A stretch of 64,000 nucleotides of DNA from Escherichia phage pEC-M719-6WT.2: the sequence record OQ845958.1, one strand, 5' to 3'. The notes under the pieces are model-generated. The model worked only from the letters and a program-made list of their open reading frames with translations. It was not told where the DNA came from and did no database searches. Shown here piece after piece: positions 37,968 to 47,562 of the stretch (position 1 is its first letter; the number at the start of each line of letters is the position of its first letter). The translations under genes and the position numbers were made by a program.

Positions 37968-38974
37968 AAACTATTATGAAAGGCTACTTCGGTAGCCACC
38001 TTTATGGAACAAGCACCCCAGAATCTGATGTTGATTTTAAAGAAATCTTTGTTCCTCATCCGCGAGATATCCTGCTCGGAACCGCGATGAATCATACAAA
38101 CCTGAACACGAATAACACGGCTACCAAAAACACAAAAGACGATATCGATCATGAATTATTCAGTCTGAAATATTTCTTTAAACTGGCTGCCGAAGGCGAA
38201 ACCGTTGCCCTGGATATGATTCACACCCCGGCTGACCTGGTAGTCAAATCCGATTTACCAGATGTATGGAAGTTTATTCAAGACAACCGTTCGCGGTTCT
38301 ATACAACTAACATGAAAGCCTATTTGGGGTACGTCCGTAAGCAAGCTTCCAAATATGGTGTTAAAGGTTCTCGATTGGCTGCACTGCGTGGTGTACTGAC
38401 AATTGTTAACCAGATTCCTGAACAGTGTGTCGATTATCAAGAAGATGGTTCTATTAAACAACGTCGAACTAAAGTAGAAGATATTAAGCACCGGCTCCCT
38501 GAAAACGAGTTCTGTGAATGGGTATTTCATAACCATGAGAAAACAGGTCCTCAAACGTTCTATACTGTTCTTGGACGTAAGTACCAAACCACCCTGTCTT
38601 TAATCGAGCTCAAGCAATCTCTGAATAAACTTGATGCCGAATATGGTGAACGTGCTCGTAAGGCTGAAGCCAATGAAGGTATTGACTGGAAAGCATTGAG
38701 TCATGCTTACCGAGCTGGATATCAGCTGAAGGAAATCTATCAAACTGGTGACCTGGTTTATCCACTTAAAAATGCTTCTATTATTAAAGCAATAAAAGCT
38801 GGTGATATGCCTTTCAAAGTAGTTCAAGGCCTGTTGGAAAATACTGTTGATGAAGTTGAAGTCCTGGCCATCCAGGCTGCTAAGAATGGTATGCCTGCGA
38901 AGGTGGACATGAAGTTCTGGGACAAGTTTGTTGAGGAGGTATATCTTGACAACCACAATTCCTATTATCGATAA
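37964..38974 (+). CDS. Pol-beta superfamily nucleotidyltransferase-like protein
   Basis: GSHLYGTSTPESDVDF fits hG[GS]-x(9-13)-DhD motif; 336 aa; ATGA overlap. Confidence 0.55.
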   Translation: MKTIMKGYFGSHLYGTSTPESDVDFKEIFVPHPRDILLGTAMNHTNLNTNNTATKNTKDDIDHELFSLKYFFKLAAEGETVALDMIHTPADLVVKSDLPDVWKFIQDNRSRFYTTNMKAYLGYVRKQASKYGVKGSRLAALRGVLTIVNQIPEQCVDYQEDGSIKQRRTKVEDIKHRLPENEFCEWVFHNHEKTGPQTFYTVLGRKYQTTLSLIELKQSLNKLDAEYGERARKAEANEGIDWKALSHAYRAGYQLKEIYQTGDLVYPLKNASIIKAIKAGDMPFKVVQGLLENTVDEVEVLAIQAAKNGMPAKVDMKFWDKFVEEVYLDNHNSYYR

Positions 38975-39170
38975 CCAGGAAATCAAGGTCTTCTTATCGT
39001 ATGGAAGACCTAATAAAGGTCGGCGCTGGTATCTCGAAGCAGTCTGTCGGGAAACTGGCAGACGAATCAACAATAAGTACATATGCAAACCAACTCCCAA
39101 ACAAACTCGCAGGTTTGTTAACTGGGCTATCAATACTATAAGATTCCATAATTTTTGGAGTGCAATCTAA
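38946..39170 (+). CDS. candidate small basic protein with TTG start
   Basis: TTG 7 nt after GAGGAGG, overlapping 3' end of upstream gene; no ATG in frame. Confidence 0.3.
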   Translation: MTTTIPIIDNQEIKVFLSYGRPNKGRRWYLEAVCRETGRRINNKYICKPTPKQTRRFVNWAINTIRFHNFWSAI

Positions 39171-39192
39171 GGGCCATCTGGCCCTTTTTTGT
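39169..39192 (+). terminator. rho-independent terminator
   Basis: GGGCCA-tct-GGCCC followed by TTTTTTG. Confidence 0.7.
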
Positions 39193-39939
39193 TTATGAAG
39201 TCACTGTTTGTTCGGCTACTAACAATGCAGAGGTTATTGTAAAGTTGCCGCCATTTGGCATAACAGTTATCGCTGTACCATTGGTTGCCATTGCCCCATC
39301 TTTATCAATGCTAAAGAACGTTGTAAAAGACAAAATATCTGTAGCATTTTCCGGACGATTTTGTATATAAGTGTTTCCGTTGGTTCCAACGAAATTTAAT
39401 GTTATACTTCGAGCTTGCGAGCTTCCTGTAAAATTACCAATAAGGTTGAGTTTAAATAATAGGCTTCTGTCTTGGTTATATGGCCACAACTTATCATCAG
39501 TGGTTCTAAAAAACGGAGATAGAGTCCCTGCTGTCGGCGGAATCCCCTTTAAAACACTAATTATGTTTGACGTCACACCATTAGTTAATAGAACGTTTAT
39601 ACCACTCCAAAACACCTCGGATTTTTCCCTCTTTCCTGCTGTATCAGTTAAAAAATCATCAACAGTTCCTGTATTTCCCAAGTCAAGCCATATCTGATAA
39701 GAAGACTTTCCATCCCCGCCTGGGTCTCCTTTTGGTCCTGGTACACCCGGTTCTCCTTTGGGACCAGGCGGACCCGGTATCTGAGTTTCCGAGCTGGACA
39801 TAGTTTGGAAAAAACGCTCTTTGCTATCTGTAGGAGTATTCGGCAACACCATAGTAGAACCAAACAAATACCAATTATTAGCCAAGGCAGCCTGGACTTT
39901 TTCATTGAGTTCATCAACAGTTCTTCCGGATAAAATCAT
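39193..39939 (-). CDS. collagen-like repeat protein (fibre-like), only minus-strand gene in the early region
   Basis: 248-aa ORF with GPPGPKGEPGVPGPKGDPGGDG (seven G-X-Y triplets); SD AAAGGAG. Confidence 0.7.
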   Translation of the reverse strand: MILSGRTVDELNEKVQAALANNWYLFGSTMVLPNTPTDSKERFFQTMSSSETQIPGPPGPKGEPGVPGPKGDPGGDGKSSYQIWLDLGNTGTVDDFLTDTAGKREKSEVFWSGINVLLTNGVTSNIISVLKGIPPTAGTLSPFFRTTDDKLWPYNQDRSLLFKLNLIGNFTGSSQARSITLNFVGTNGNTYIQNRPENATDILSFTTFFSIDKDGAMATNGTAITVMPNGGNFTITSALLVAEQTVTS

Positions 39940-40056
39940 AAACTTTCTCCTTTATGGTTTTATTAAGTATTTTTATTTAGTATATGTGTACAACCAGATG
40001 GTCATGATGCATAATGATTCCATACTGAGTTACCAAATAAACAAACGGAGAATAAA

Positions 40057-40263
40057 ATGTTAGAATTAATCAAAGCTGCTGGTGAAAAAGGTCTGATGGT
40101 TAACACTCGTGACCCTGAACAACGTCAAGCATTTGGTGAGTTAAAAGCCAAAGGTCTGGTTAAAGCATCCCTTGGTATTGGTAATGCTTTGCGTGTGACT
40201 TTGACCCCTGCAGGTAAAGCAATGTTCTTCCCTAAACCATTACCAAAACGTCGTCGCAAGTGA
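40057..40263 (+). CDS. small basic protein
   Basis: 68 aa, C-terminal KRRRK. Confidence 0.5.
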   Translation: MLELIKAAGEKGLMVNTRDPEQRQAFGELKAKGLVKASLGIGNALRVTLTPAGKAMFFPKPLPKRRRK

Positions 40264-40269
40264 GGAATT

Positions 40270-40572
40270 ATGAAAAAGTATGAACTTGACATGATTGAGG
40301 CATGTCTGAAATCTGCTGACCATTTTAAGTTGAAAATGCACAAGTTAAGAGGAATGGTCAAAACCCCAGAAGAGAAGAAGCGATATGCTCTGAAGGAGAA
40401 ATGTAAAGCTCTTATCATGATGGATAAGTTGCAAATAGTCGCCGCAGAAGCCCACAGGACACGTAAGGCTGAGGCCCTTGGTGTTTATATGGCAGAGCAG
40501 CTACATCGCGCCCAGCAAGCCGTTAAGAGCGTCTGGTTCAGTGGTGAAAATACTGAAAGAACTTTTAATTAA
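40270..40572 (+). CDS. hypothetical protein
   Basis: 100-aa ORF, SD GAGGAA. Confidence 0.5.
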   Translation: MKKYELDMIEACLKSADHFKLKMHKLRGMVKTPEEKKRYALKEKCKALIMMDKLQIVAAEAHRTRKAEALGVYMAEQLHRAQQAVKSVWFSGENTERTFN

Positions 40573-40640
40573 ATGTGTACATGGTATGGGGATAGACGTA
40601 TAATGTTCCCATACTGAGTTACCAAATACTGGAGAATAAA

Positions 40641-41165
40641 ATGGAAGCTAAATCAATCTTTAATCTGATTAATTACAATAATGGTAATTTTAAATCAGAA
40701 GCACAAAGCAAGTTCTTTAATGATGTTGCTTGTGCGGGTGAGATTACAGTATCAGGTGGTCAGACTTATAAAAATGCCTGGAACTGGATTGTGACTGTTG
40801 ATTCAGTTGGTATTGTTGATGTGTATAAAAACACCAACAAAAACCGCTCTTTGTTCTGGTCAAGAGAGACTAATGCAGAATATCAGGCGGCAAGAGCGAA
40901 GAAAAATATGCCTACTGAATCTGATGTACAAAACATCAAATCAGATATCCAATATTATGATGGTCTGATTGCTGAACAACAAGCGGTGCTTGATAAGTTC
41001 AATGAAATCAAAGCATGTAAAGAGATTCCTGAATTCATGAGGGAATCAGTTAATGAACAATACAATCTCACTTCAGAGCGTATTGAAACCTATACCAAAC
41101 AAAGAGCAGAGCGCCAGGTACTCCTTCAGAAGTTTGAAGAGCGTTTAAAGACGGTTCTCGCATAA
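40641..41165 (+). CDS. hypothetical protein
   Basis: 174-aa ORF behind promoter/leader cassette. Confidence 0.55.
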   Translation: MEAKSIFNLINYNNGNFKSEAQSKFFNDVACAGEITVSGGQTYKNAWNWIVTVDSVGIVDVYKNTNKNRSLFWSRETNAEYQAARAKKNMPTESDVQNIKSDIQYYDGLIAEQQAVLDKFNEIKACKEIPEFMRESVNEQYNLTSERIETYTKQRAERQVLLQKFEERLKTVLA

Positions 41166-41228
41166 ACGCTTTATACCAAGGATGGTATAATGGTTCTGAC
41201 CTTTGATTAATCTATTGAGGAAATTATT

Positions 41229-42074
41229 ATGTCACAAGCAATTAATGAAATTCGTTCTGAAGTTAAAAAAGTTGTTAAATTTGGTCGTATACCAAGCACC
41301 AAAGATGTGGTTTTAAATGTTCTATATATGATGTGGAATAAGTTCAATGTTTGTACTAATTCCGCTGAATTCACTAAAATCTTTGAAAAGACCACTGGTC
41401 TTCTTACATTAGAAGACCGAGTCATGAAATCTCTTCATCGTTCAGGTATGTTGTCTCGTGCTAATGCCAAAATTTTACTTAAAAATTATAATAAAGGTTA
41501 TGACCTTTATGGTCGTGCGATTAACACCATGACGTTTGATGAAGTGGTTAAAGACCTTTGGAAAAACCAGCGCCGTTTATTGGCATTAGGCGCTCGTTTA
41601 GCAAGCGGTCAAGATAAACAAATGACCTTTAAAACCAATAATTCTTTAGATTATAAACTATTTAATGTTATTAAAGGTCAAAAAGAAGGTGAATACAGTA
41701 TTTCTTCTTTTAGTGGATGTCAATATGATAATTGGAAATTCCATCTTCGTTTGGCATTGTCTGTACTGGAATGTCACGGTATTCTTACCTTTTATGATGT
41801 TAAAACTGGAGGCGTCCAGCGTATTAAATTATGCCAAATTAAAGACCAATTTGAAGTCAGCCCTTCAGAACAAGCTCCTAAAATGGAACCTGTTCCAGTG
41901 CGAAGCAATGAAAAATATTCAGAGCAAATTGAGCTTTTCACTAAACAGATTGAAGAGCTTAACATCACCATCCAGCAGCAAGATGATGAAATTTTCCGTC
42001 TGTCAGGACTGAATAACGCGGCGAAAGCCGAACGTCAGAAACTGATGAACGTTATTGAATTGCTTAAGGATTAA
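41229..42074 (+). CDS. hypothetical protein with C-terminal coiled coil
   Basis: 281-aa ORF, SD GAGGAA. Confidence 0.55.
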   Translation: MSQAINEIRSEVKKVVKFGRIPSTKDVVLNVLYMMWNKFNVCTNSAEFTKIFEKTTGLLTLEDRVMKSLHRSGMLSRANAKILLKNYNKGYDLYGRAINTMTFDEVVKDLWKNQRRLLALGARLASGQDKQMTFKTNNSLDYKLFNVIKGQKEGEYSISSFSGCQYDNWKFHLRLALSVLECHGILTFYDVKTGGVQRIKLCQIKDQFEVSPSEQAPKMEPVPVRSNEKYSEQIELFTKQIEELNITIQQQDDEIFRLSGLNNAAKAERQKLMNVIELLKD

Positions 42075-42075
42075 T

Positions 42076-42291
42076 ATGACTATTTTGATTATCAGCATTA
42101 TTTTTGGTTATCTTGTGATAGGTTTTATTACTACCCTGTTGCTCCACAAGTTTGATAGTCCCTACGAAAGTGGGGACGAGTATGATGCGGTGTTCACAAC
42201 ATTTTGCTGGCCTATATTCTGGGTAGTCGCTGTTATAATGTGTGTGGCCTGGCCTTTTGCTAAACTCTATAAAAAATTATTTGGATTATGA
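42076..42291 (+). CDS. small membrane protein
   Basis: 71 aa from ATG; two hydrophobic segments. Confidence 0.5.
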   Translation: MTILIISIIFGYLVIGFITTLLLHKFDSPYESGDEYDAVFTTFCWPIFWVVAVIMCVAWPFAKLYKKLFGL

Positions 42292-42292
42292 T

Positions 42293-43174
42293 ATGAACAT
42301 TAAAACACGTAAAGAATATTCTCGATTTGAACAGCGTGAAGGTCGTGCAACCCGTCTTATCGCGATGAATTCTCTGGTTAACTTTGGTAAAATCAAATCA
42401 GGTTCTGCCACCCAGGGGTATGGACAACGTATTGTAAGAATTAACTCTCTGAATGATTACTGCCGCCGCCCTGCGTTTTTGTTTGGTGCCACAGTTCGTA
42501 AGAGCATTAAGGAAATCCTGGCTGCAGGGCTTCGTATTCGCAAGGCTCCGGTTAACATCAAGAACTATAATTTTAACTCCAGTAACTTGATTATCAATAT
42601 CAAGAATGATGGTATACAGATTAAGTTCAAACCAACCACCAAGGGCGACGTTGCTCTTTGTGATACCTTTAAAGAGGTTATGGGTATCGCACTGTTTTAT
42701 ATGCGCCATGCTGTTGAAGCATACACGTTTGAAGAAGATACAAATTATATCCACCAAACGGAAAAATTCCTTAAAACTATAGTCATTGATATTAAATTAA
42801 CTAAAGAATATCTTTTGTCTTATGCACCTTATCAAGAGAAAAAGGAACCAGAAATGGCAGAACATATCCCTACTGCGACATATAACCCAGCAGTTACAGG
42901 TCAGTTTAAATCTTACGACCAGGCTAAAATTTCACCACTGGAAGTTAAAAATATGTATCAATGGAAAATCCAGCCAAACAGCTCTCTTGAAATCTTTAAC
43001 CCACCAATGAAGCCTATTGAGAGCTATCATGCTGATGCTATCCAGGAATCAGTCAACCGCTTAAACGGTCTGATTGAAGATGAGAAAAAGGGTATCCAGG
43101 ATGTTCTGAATCGCATCAAGAACATGGAAAAACAACGCAATAAATTGCAGGCGGCGATTTTAGCATTAAAATAA
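42293..43174 (+). CDS. hypothetical protein
   Basis: 293 aa from ATG (MNIKTRKEY...). Confidence 0.55.
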   Translation: MNIKTRKEYSRFEQREGRATRLIAMNSLVNFGKIKSGSATQGYGQRIVRINSLNDYCRRPAFLFGATVRKSIKEILAAGLRIRKAPVNIKNYNFNSSNLIINIKNDGIQIKFKPTTKGDVALCDTFKEVMGIALFYMRHAVEAYTFEEDTNYIHQTEKFLKTIVIDIKLTKEYLLSYAPYQEKKEPEMAEHIPTATYNPAVTGQFKSYDQAKISPLEVKNMYQWKIQPNSSLEIFNPPMKPIESYHADAIQESVNRLNGLIEDEKKGIQDVLNRIKNMEKQRNKLQAAILALK

Positions 43175-43175
43175 T

Positions 43176-43205
43176 GTTTACTTCCAAGGATGGAGGGGGT
43201 ATAAT
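43176..43205 (+). promoter_or_regulatory. early promoter matching T4 consensus (-35 GTTTAC, -10 TATAAT)
   Basis: GTTTAC-18 nt-TATAAT, 27 nt upstream of ATG 43233. Confidence 0.6.
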
Positions 43206-43232
43206 GAATTCCTACTTTATGAGGAGAACACT

Positions 43233-44222
43233 ATGACACGTAATGAATATATCCAGGCCTTTAACACCACTATCGATGCAAAAGTAAAACCATTAATAGG
43301 TGAATCGGCTATCCTTTTAATTATCAATTACTGGTTAAATCAGATTGACTCGACGATTGTTGCATCCGGTCGCTTCAAGAAAGACATTGCGACTATTGCG
43401 AGTCGTGCCGGTAAAGATGATATCAAGAAAACTTTTAAAGGTTCCCGAGTCCTGGCATACCTAGTTAATAAAGACCTTCTTAATAAGTTTGGTGTTGAAT
43501 CCAGACGTGGTAAAGGTACAATTGGATATCATTGGTTTGGTGATGTTGAAAAATACTACCTTGATAAACAAGGCTATACTGTTTCTGAATTCGCAAATTG
43601 TTGGGCTCGTGAATTCAGAGATAACAAAATGTCTATCATAAAATCAGCGACAAAATTGATGGGCAGCGATTATCGCACTATCTCCCATTTGGCTGAGCAC
43701 ATGATAAATGTTAAAGAGTCTGGTGAAAACCAGGTAATTATTACAGTTAAGTATGAATTCTTTACGCCGGTGGCTACTCCAGAAAATGTCAAAAAGTATC
43801 TTGATGCCGCGAGCACGCTTACTTCACAGCTGCAGTGTGCCCTTAATTATATGCGCACTGTTGAAAAAATTAAAGTAGACCCTATCACCAGTACTCATGG
43901 TTGGAAAGGTTGGAAAATTGTGGTGACATTACGCGAAGTTAAATGTGCAAAGCAACCAACTGTTGCAGAAATTTATAAAAAGAAAAGTGAGGAAATTATG
44001 AATGCTCCGCAAGAAACCACCCTTGAAGACCTGATTGATAATCTGAATAATGAGCCAGTGGAACAAAAAGCGCCTGAAATTGTTGCTCTGGAAATGGCGT
44101 ATAATAAAGCTCTTGCTGTTAATAAAAAGGCAACTGAAGACTATACCAAAGCCAAGCGACTTTGGGAAGAATCAACTAATCGTCTGGATAAACTGGAACA
44201 GGCTCTGGAGCTGCTGAAATGA
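43233..44222 (+). CDS. hypothetical protein
   Basis: 329-aa ORF, SD GAGGAG. Confidence 0.6.
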   Translation: MTRNEYIQAFNTTIDAKVKPLIGESAILLIINYWLNQIDSTIVASGRFKKDIATIASRAGKDDIKKTFKGSRVLAYLVNKDLLNKFGVESRRGKGTIGYHWFGDVEKYYLDKQGYTVSEFANCWAREFRDNKMSIIKSATKLMGSDYRTISHLAEHMINVKESGENQVIITVKYEFFTPVATPENVKKYLDAASTLTSQLQCALNYMRTVEKIKVDPITSTHGWKGWKIVVTLREVKCAKQPTVAEIYKKKSEEIMNAPQETTLEDLIDNLNNEPVEQKAPEIVALEMAYNKALAVNKKATEDYTKAKRLWEESTNRLDKLEQALELLK

Positions 44223-44557
44223 AACAACGTTTAGCTGAAGATATTGCAGAAACTGCATTTCCAGAATGGACCCCCGCAGCGGGGGTTAATAAAGGTCTTT
44301 TAAAATTTATTGAAAACGCTGAGGGTGTTGACCTTGTTCAGTTAGGAAAGATTCATGGCTGTGATGATTATAGTCAGGTTCCTGATTGGGATATGGTAAT
44401 GGCTATGGTTCGTCGGCGTGAACGTGCTTCTAAACGTGTTCCAAACTGTCCAGAATGCGGAACTGAACAGGTCCAGTTAGTCCATTGGCAGACTAGTAAT
44501 CTTCGTTATAAATGCAGACATTGCAAACACAAATTTGAGCGAGAAGAAAATGAATAA
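44219..44557 (+). CDS. zinc-ribbon protein
   Basis: CPECG...CRHCKH four-Cys pattern. Confidence 0.5.
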   Translation: MKQRLAEDIAETAFPEWTPAAGVNKGLLKFIENAEGVDLVQLGKIHGCDDYSQVPDWDMVMAMVRRRERASKRVPNCPECGTEQVQLVHWQTSNLRYKCRHCKHKFEREENE

Positions 44558-44861
44558 TTTAAACCCATTTAAAAGTCAAAATATCATTGAGACTGATGAG
44601 ATGAAAGGCTTGTTTAAAGAACTTCAGGAATTAACGACCCGAATATGTCTCCAATACGTTGAAGATTGCGGTACAACAGTTAGTATAGATTCCATCCATC
44701 GTAATATTCAATCTTCAATTGATTATGCCATTACTGTTTTTAAAATCCGGGCTAATTCGGCTTTAATAAACCAACCAAATACAAATTTACCGTTAGAAGA
44801 GTGTATTGCAATAGCGGCCTATACAGCTTATAATGAGATTGTAGATAATGACAAAGCGTAA
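44550..44861 (+). CDS. hypothetical protein
   Basis: 103 aa from ATG; upstream TTG extension rejected. Confidence 0.45.
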   Translation: MNNLNPFKSQNIIETDEMKGLFKELQELTTRICLQYVEDCGTTVSIDSIHRNIQSSIDYAITVFKIRANSALINQPNTNLPLEECIAIAAYTAYNEIVDNDKA

Positions 44862-45090
44862 AGAATATCTTGAGACTGCTGATAAGGCGGTCCGTGAATT
44901 AACTCTGGCCTATTATAAAGAACACGGTAAACTTCCGGATAGTTATTCAGTATTGAAATCTGCTTTAACTCGTTCATATAATAATATGCGTTCAGAAGTT
45001 TATGGTATTATGGTCAAACATAAAGAACAAACCGGTCAATACCCCGATTATACTGAGACCTTCAAACAAGTATTAGGAATTAAGGAATAA
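44848..45090 (+). CDS. hypothetical protein
   Basis: 80-aa ORF. Confidence 0.5.
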   Translation: MTKRKEYLETADKAVRELTLAYYKEHGKLPDSYSVLKSALTRSYNNMRSEVYGIMVKHKEQTGQYPDYTETFKQVLGIKE

Positions 45091-45091
45091 T

Positions 45092-45355
45092 ATGTTTAAA
45101 GTATATGGTTATGATTCATCTATTCATCGCTGTGTATTCTGCGATAATGCAAAACGTTTTTTGGATGTTAAAAAACAACCTTACGAGTTCATCAACGTTA
45201 TGCCAGAAAAAGGTGTGTTTGATGATGAGAAGATTGCCCAACTCCTGGCTGCACTTGGTCGCGAATCTCAAATTGGTTTGACCATGCCGCAAGTATTTGC
45301 TCCTGACGGAAGTCATATTGGCGGATTCACTGAACTGCGAGAATATTTTAAATGA
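45092..45355 (+). CDS. nrdC: glutaredoxin/thioredoxin NrdC
   Basis: 87 aa; MFKVYGYDSSIHRCVFCDNAKR...GLTMPQVFAPDGSHIGGF closely matches recalled T4 NrdC. Confidence 0.9.
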   Translation: MFKVYGYDSSIHRCVFCDNAKRFLDVKKQPYEFINVMPEKGVFDDEKIAQLLAALGRESQIGLTMPQVFAPDGSHIGGFTELREYFK

Positions 45356-45519
45356 TTGAATTATTGTTGGGTATTTTGTATCTTATCATCGGTATTGGTT
45401 ATGCTAAGACCCTAGCTAAAATAGATGATTTCGGTGCGGGTGACTTTTGTTGGTGGCTGACGTCTATGATTTGTTGGCCTTTATTTCTGGTTGGTGCTTC
45501 ATTCTGGAACTTTAAATGA
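45352..45519 (+). CDS. small membrane protein (55 aa)
   Basis: ATGA overlap with nrdC stop; hydrophobic; below ORF-track cutoff. Confidence 0.4.
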   Translation: MIELLLGILYLIIGIGYAKTLAKIDDFGAGDFCWWLTSMICWPLFLVGASFWNFK

Positions 45520-45692
45520 CCGAATTTGATATGGCCTATAAAACCTGCGCAAGAGAGTTTGATACTCCTGCGCCTAGTAAAGAAACCGTATTGGCAAATC
45601 TCCCGGATTGGTTAAAAGAAGAAGCCAACGAATGGGGTTGGACTGATACTTGTGTACGCGACCAGTTATTTGAATTTATGGTGGAATTATGA
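45516..45692 (+). CDS. small hypothetical protein (58 aa)
   Basis: ATGA overlaps at both ends. Confidence 0.4.
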   Translation: MTEFDMAYKTCAREFDTPAPSKETVLANLPDWLKEEANEWGWTDTCVRDQLFEFMVEL

Positions 45693-45997
45693 GTGAATTA
45701 GACGGACAAACAATTTATCTGGGCGATGGCAACGAAGACGACCTGGAATATAAACTATACGAATACATGGTCGCCCTGGCAAAGGAAGAAGGTATTGACT
45801 TTGCTGTGGCTAACCCGTATGGTGAGAACACTGTTGTAATTGGTGGCACTGCTTATGAAGTCCAATGGCAATACGTTGGGCTTGAATCTATAGAATATGA
45901 AGAAGATAAGCATGGCGATTGGCATCCGGTGGGTCCCTGGTACTGGGACGACGGTGAGCCTGATTTTGAAGTATCAAGCTATTGGAGTGACCAATGA
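45689..45997 (+). CDS. hypothetical acidic protein
   Basis: 102-aa ORF. Confidence 0.5.
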   Translation: MSELDGQTIYLGDGNEDDLEYKLYEYMVALAKEEGIDFAVANPYGENTVVIGGTAYEVQWQYVGLESIEYEEDKHGDWHPVGPWYWDDGEPDFEVSSYWSDQ

Positions 45998-46314
45998 CTA
46001 TTGAAAATGAATTAGATGTTGATGCTGTTTTAAGCGAAATCATTGAAGACCATGATGCGTTTACTGAATCATACGAGTTTGAATTTTCGGACTACCTGGT
46101 TCCGGTTGAATTAGGCGAATGGACACAATCTGGCAAATACCAATATCGCCAGGCAATTTATTTCAGCAAAAAACATAATGTACATGTGGCTGTAAACGAA
46201 ACTCGTACCGGCTCTTATCATACCGACTGGGACCATATGGTCCCGACTGTTGAACTGGTCAAGCTCCAAGAACGTGTCGTAACCCAAACTATCAGAGAAT
46301 GGATTACGCTATAA
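45994..46314 (+). CDS. hypothetical protein
   Basis: 106-aa ORF, ATGA overlap. Confidence 0.5.
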   Translation: MTIENELDVDAVLSEIIEDHDAFTESYEFEFSDYLVPVELGEWTQSGKYQYRQAIYFSKKHNVHVAVNETRTGSYHTDWDHMVPTVELVKLQERVVTQTIREWITL

Positions 46315-46448
46315 AACCATGGTACACCGCTCGATGGGAAACCGTCGAGCCAGAGGAACCTGTTTACAACGATTCCGAAATAGATTATAATGAACCTTCA
46401 AACAATGATTTAATCGATATGGAGTTTGGATATGAGTACCAAAATTGA
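46299..46448 (+). CDS. candidate small acidic protein (49 aa)
   Basis: fills gap between annotated ORFs; no clear SD. Confidence 0.3.
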   Translation: MDYAIKPWYTARWETVEPEEPVYNDSEIDYNEPSNNDLIDMEFGYEYQN

Positions 46449-46605
46449 AATTGGCCGTCATAAAGGCCGCCTGATTGAAAAATCACTTTATGAACTGTCG
46501 GATTCCCGTAAGTTACCCGATGAAGAATCTGCTTTAATTTTTGCCGCGGCGGATTATATCCATTGGCTTGAAGCTCAACTTCGCTTTGCTGATAAGGCCT
46601 TTTAA
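46432..46605 (+). CDS. small hypothetical protein (57 aa)
   Basis: stop in TAATG overlap with next gene. Confidence 0.4.
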   Translation: MSTKIEIGRHKGRLIEKSLYELSDSRKLPDEESALIFAAADYIHWLEAQLRFADKAF

Positions 46606-46877
46606 TGTTTTTAGAAATTGTTAATATTCATGCGGCTGCTCAATCAGGTTTTATGAAAGAGCTTCAAGACGCAGGATTTAAAAATGGTGATGTTATCCAT
46701 GCGTTAAGACAACGTTTTGACCCTGACGTTGAATGTAATGTTTGGGACGTTGTTGAAACGGATGAATACCTTTTTGATACCATAGAAATTGAAGGGTCAT
46801 GGACCTGTATCACTGAGTATATGATAATTGATAATGGTAACGTTGAATGCCATTATCCTTGTTTTAGGATTGTTTAA
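46605..46877 (+). CDS. hypothetical protein
   Basis: 90-aa ORF. Confidence 0.5.
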   Translation: MFLEIVNIHAAAQSGFMKELQDAGFKNGDVIHALRQRFDPDVECNVWDVVETDEYLFDTIEIEGSWTCITEYMIIDNGNVECHYPCFRIV

Positions 46878-47053
46878 TGAAAACTGCATTAGTCTATACC
46901 GAAAAGTTAAACGGTGACAAGGTCTGGAAACTTCTTATCAAAGGAAGCCCTACTGACCAGTTTATGGCCACCTGTGTGGGATTGTATACTCGTCCTACTA
47001 AAAAGATGATTCGTCAATTTAAACGGTTACACCGCGCGTTTTATAAGATTTAA
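46877..47053 (+). CDS. small basic protein (58 aa)
   Basis: TAATG overlap with upstream gene. Confidence 0.4.
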   Translation: MKTALVYTEKLNGDKVWKLLIKGSPTDQFMATCVGLYTRPTKKMIRQFKRLHRAFYKI

Positions 47054-47088
47054 TAAATACCCTTATCTAATAATGGTAAGGGTTTATT

Positions 47089-47562
47089 ATGTTGTTGACT
47101 GGCAAATTATACAAAGAAGAAAAACAAAAACTTTATGATGCACAAGCTGGTAAGTGTCCAATTTGCCACCGTGATTTGGACTCCGATGTTCAGGCCAACC
47201 ATCTTGACCATGACCACGAATTGAACGGGCCAAAAGCCGGTAAGGTTCGCGGGTTACTATGCAATCTGTGCAATGGGACAGAAGGACAAATGAAGCATAA
47301 GTTCAGCCGTTCGGGTCTGAAAAGTCGCGATGTTGACTACCTGGAATGGTTAGAGAGTTTGCTTGTCTATCTGAAATCTGATTATACCGAAAACAATATT
47401 CACCCCAATTTTGTAACAGACAAAGCCAAAGAGTTCGGTCGTCTGGGGAAAGAAGAAATGATTCGGGAAATGCTTTTGAATGGTATGACTTATAATGAAT
47501 CTGACACCAAAACACAATTAATGGCTTCATTTAAGAAGCAGCTTAGAAAGAGTTTAAAATGA
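47089..47562 (+). CDS. 49: recombination endonuclease VII (Holliday junction resolvase) gp49
   Basis: MLLTGKLYKEEKQK...NHLDHDHELNGPKAGKVRGLLCNLCN...SFKKQLRKSLK nearly identical to recalled T4 endo VII. Confidence 0.95.
   Translation: MLLTGKLYKEEKQKLYDAQAGKCPICHRDLDSDVQANHLDHDHELNGPKAGKVRGLLCNLCNGTEGQMKHKFSRSGLKSRDVDYLEWLESLLVYLKSDYTENNIHPNFVTDKAKEFGRLGKEEMIREMLLNGMTYNESDTKTQLMASFKKQLRKSLK

Noticed and set aside
38600-39133. Minus-strand 177-aa ORF
   Set aside because: Antisense to the nucleotidyltransferase-like gene; hydrophobic low-complexity translation typical of reverse-strand artefacts.
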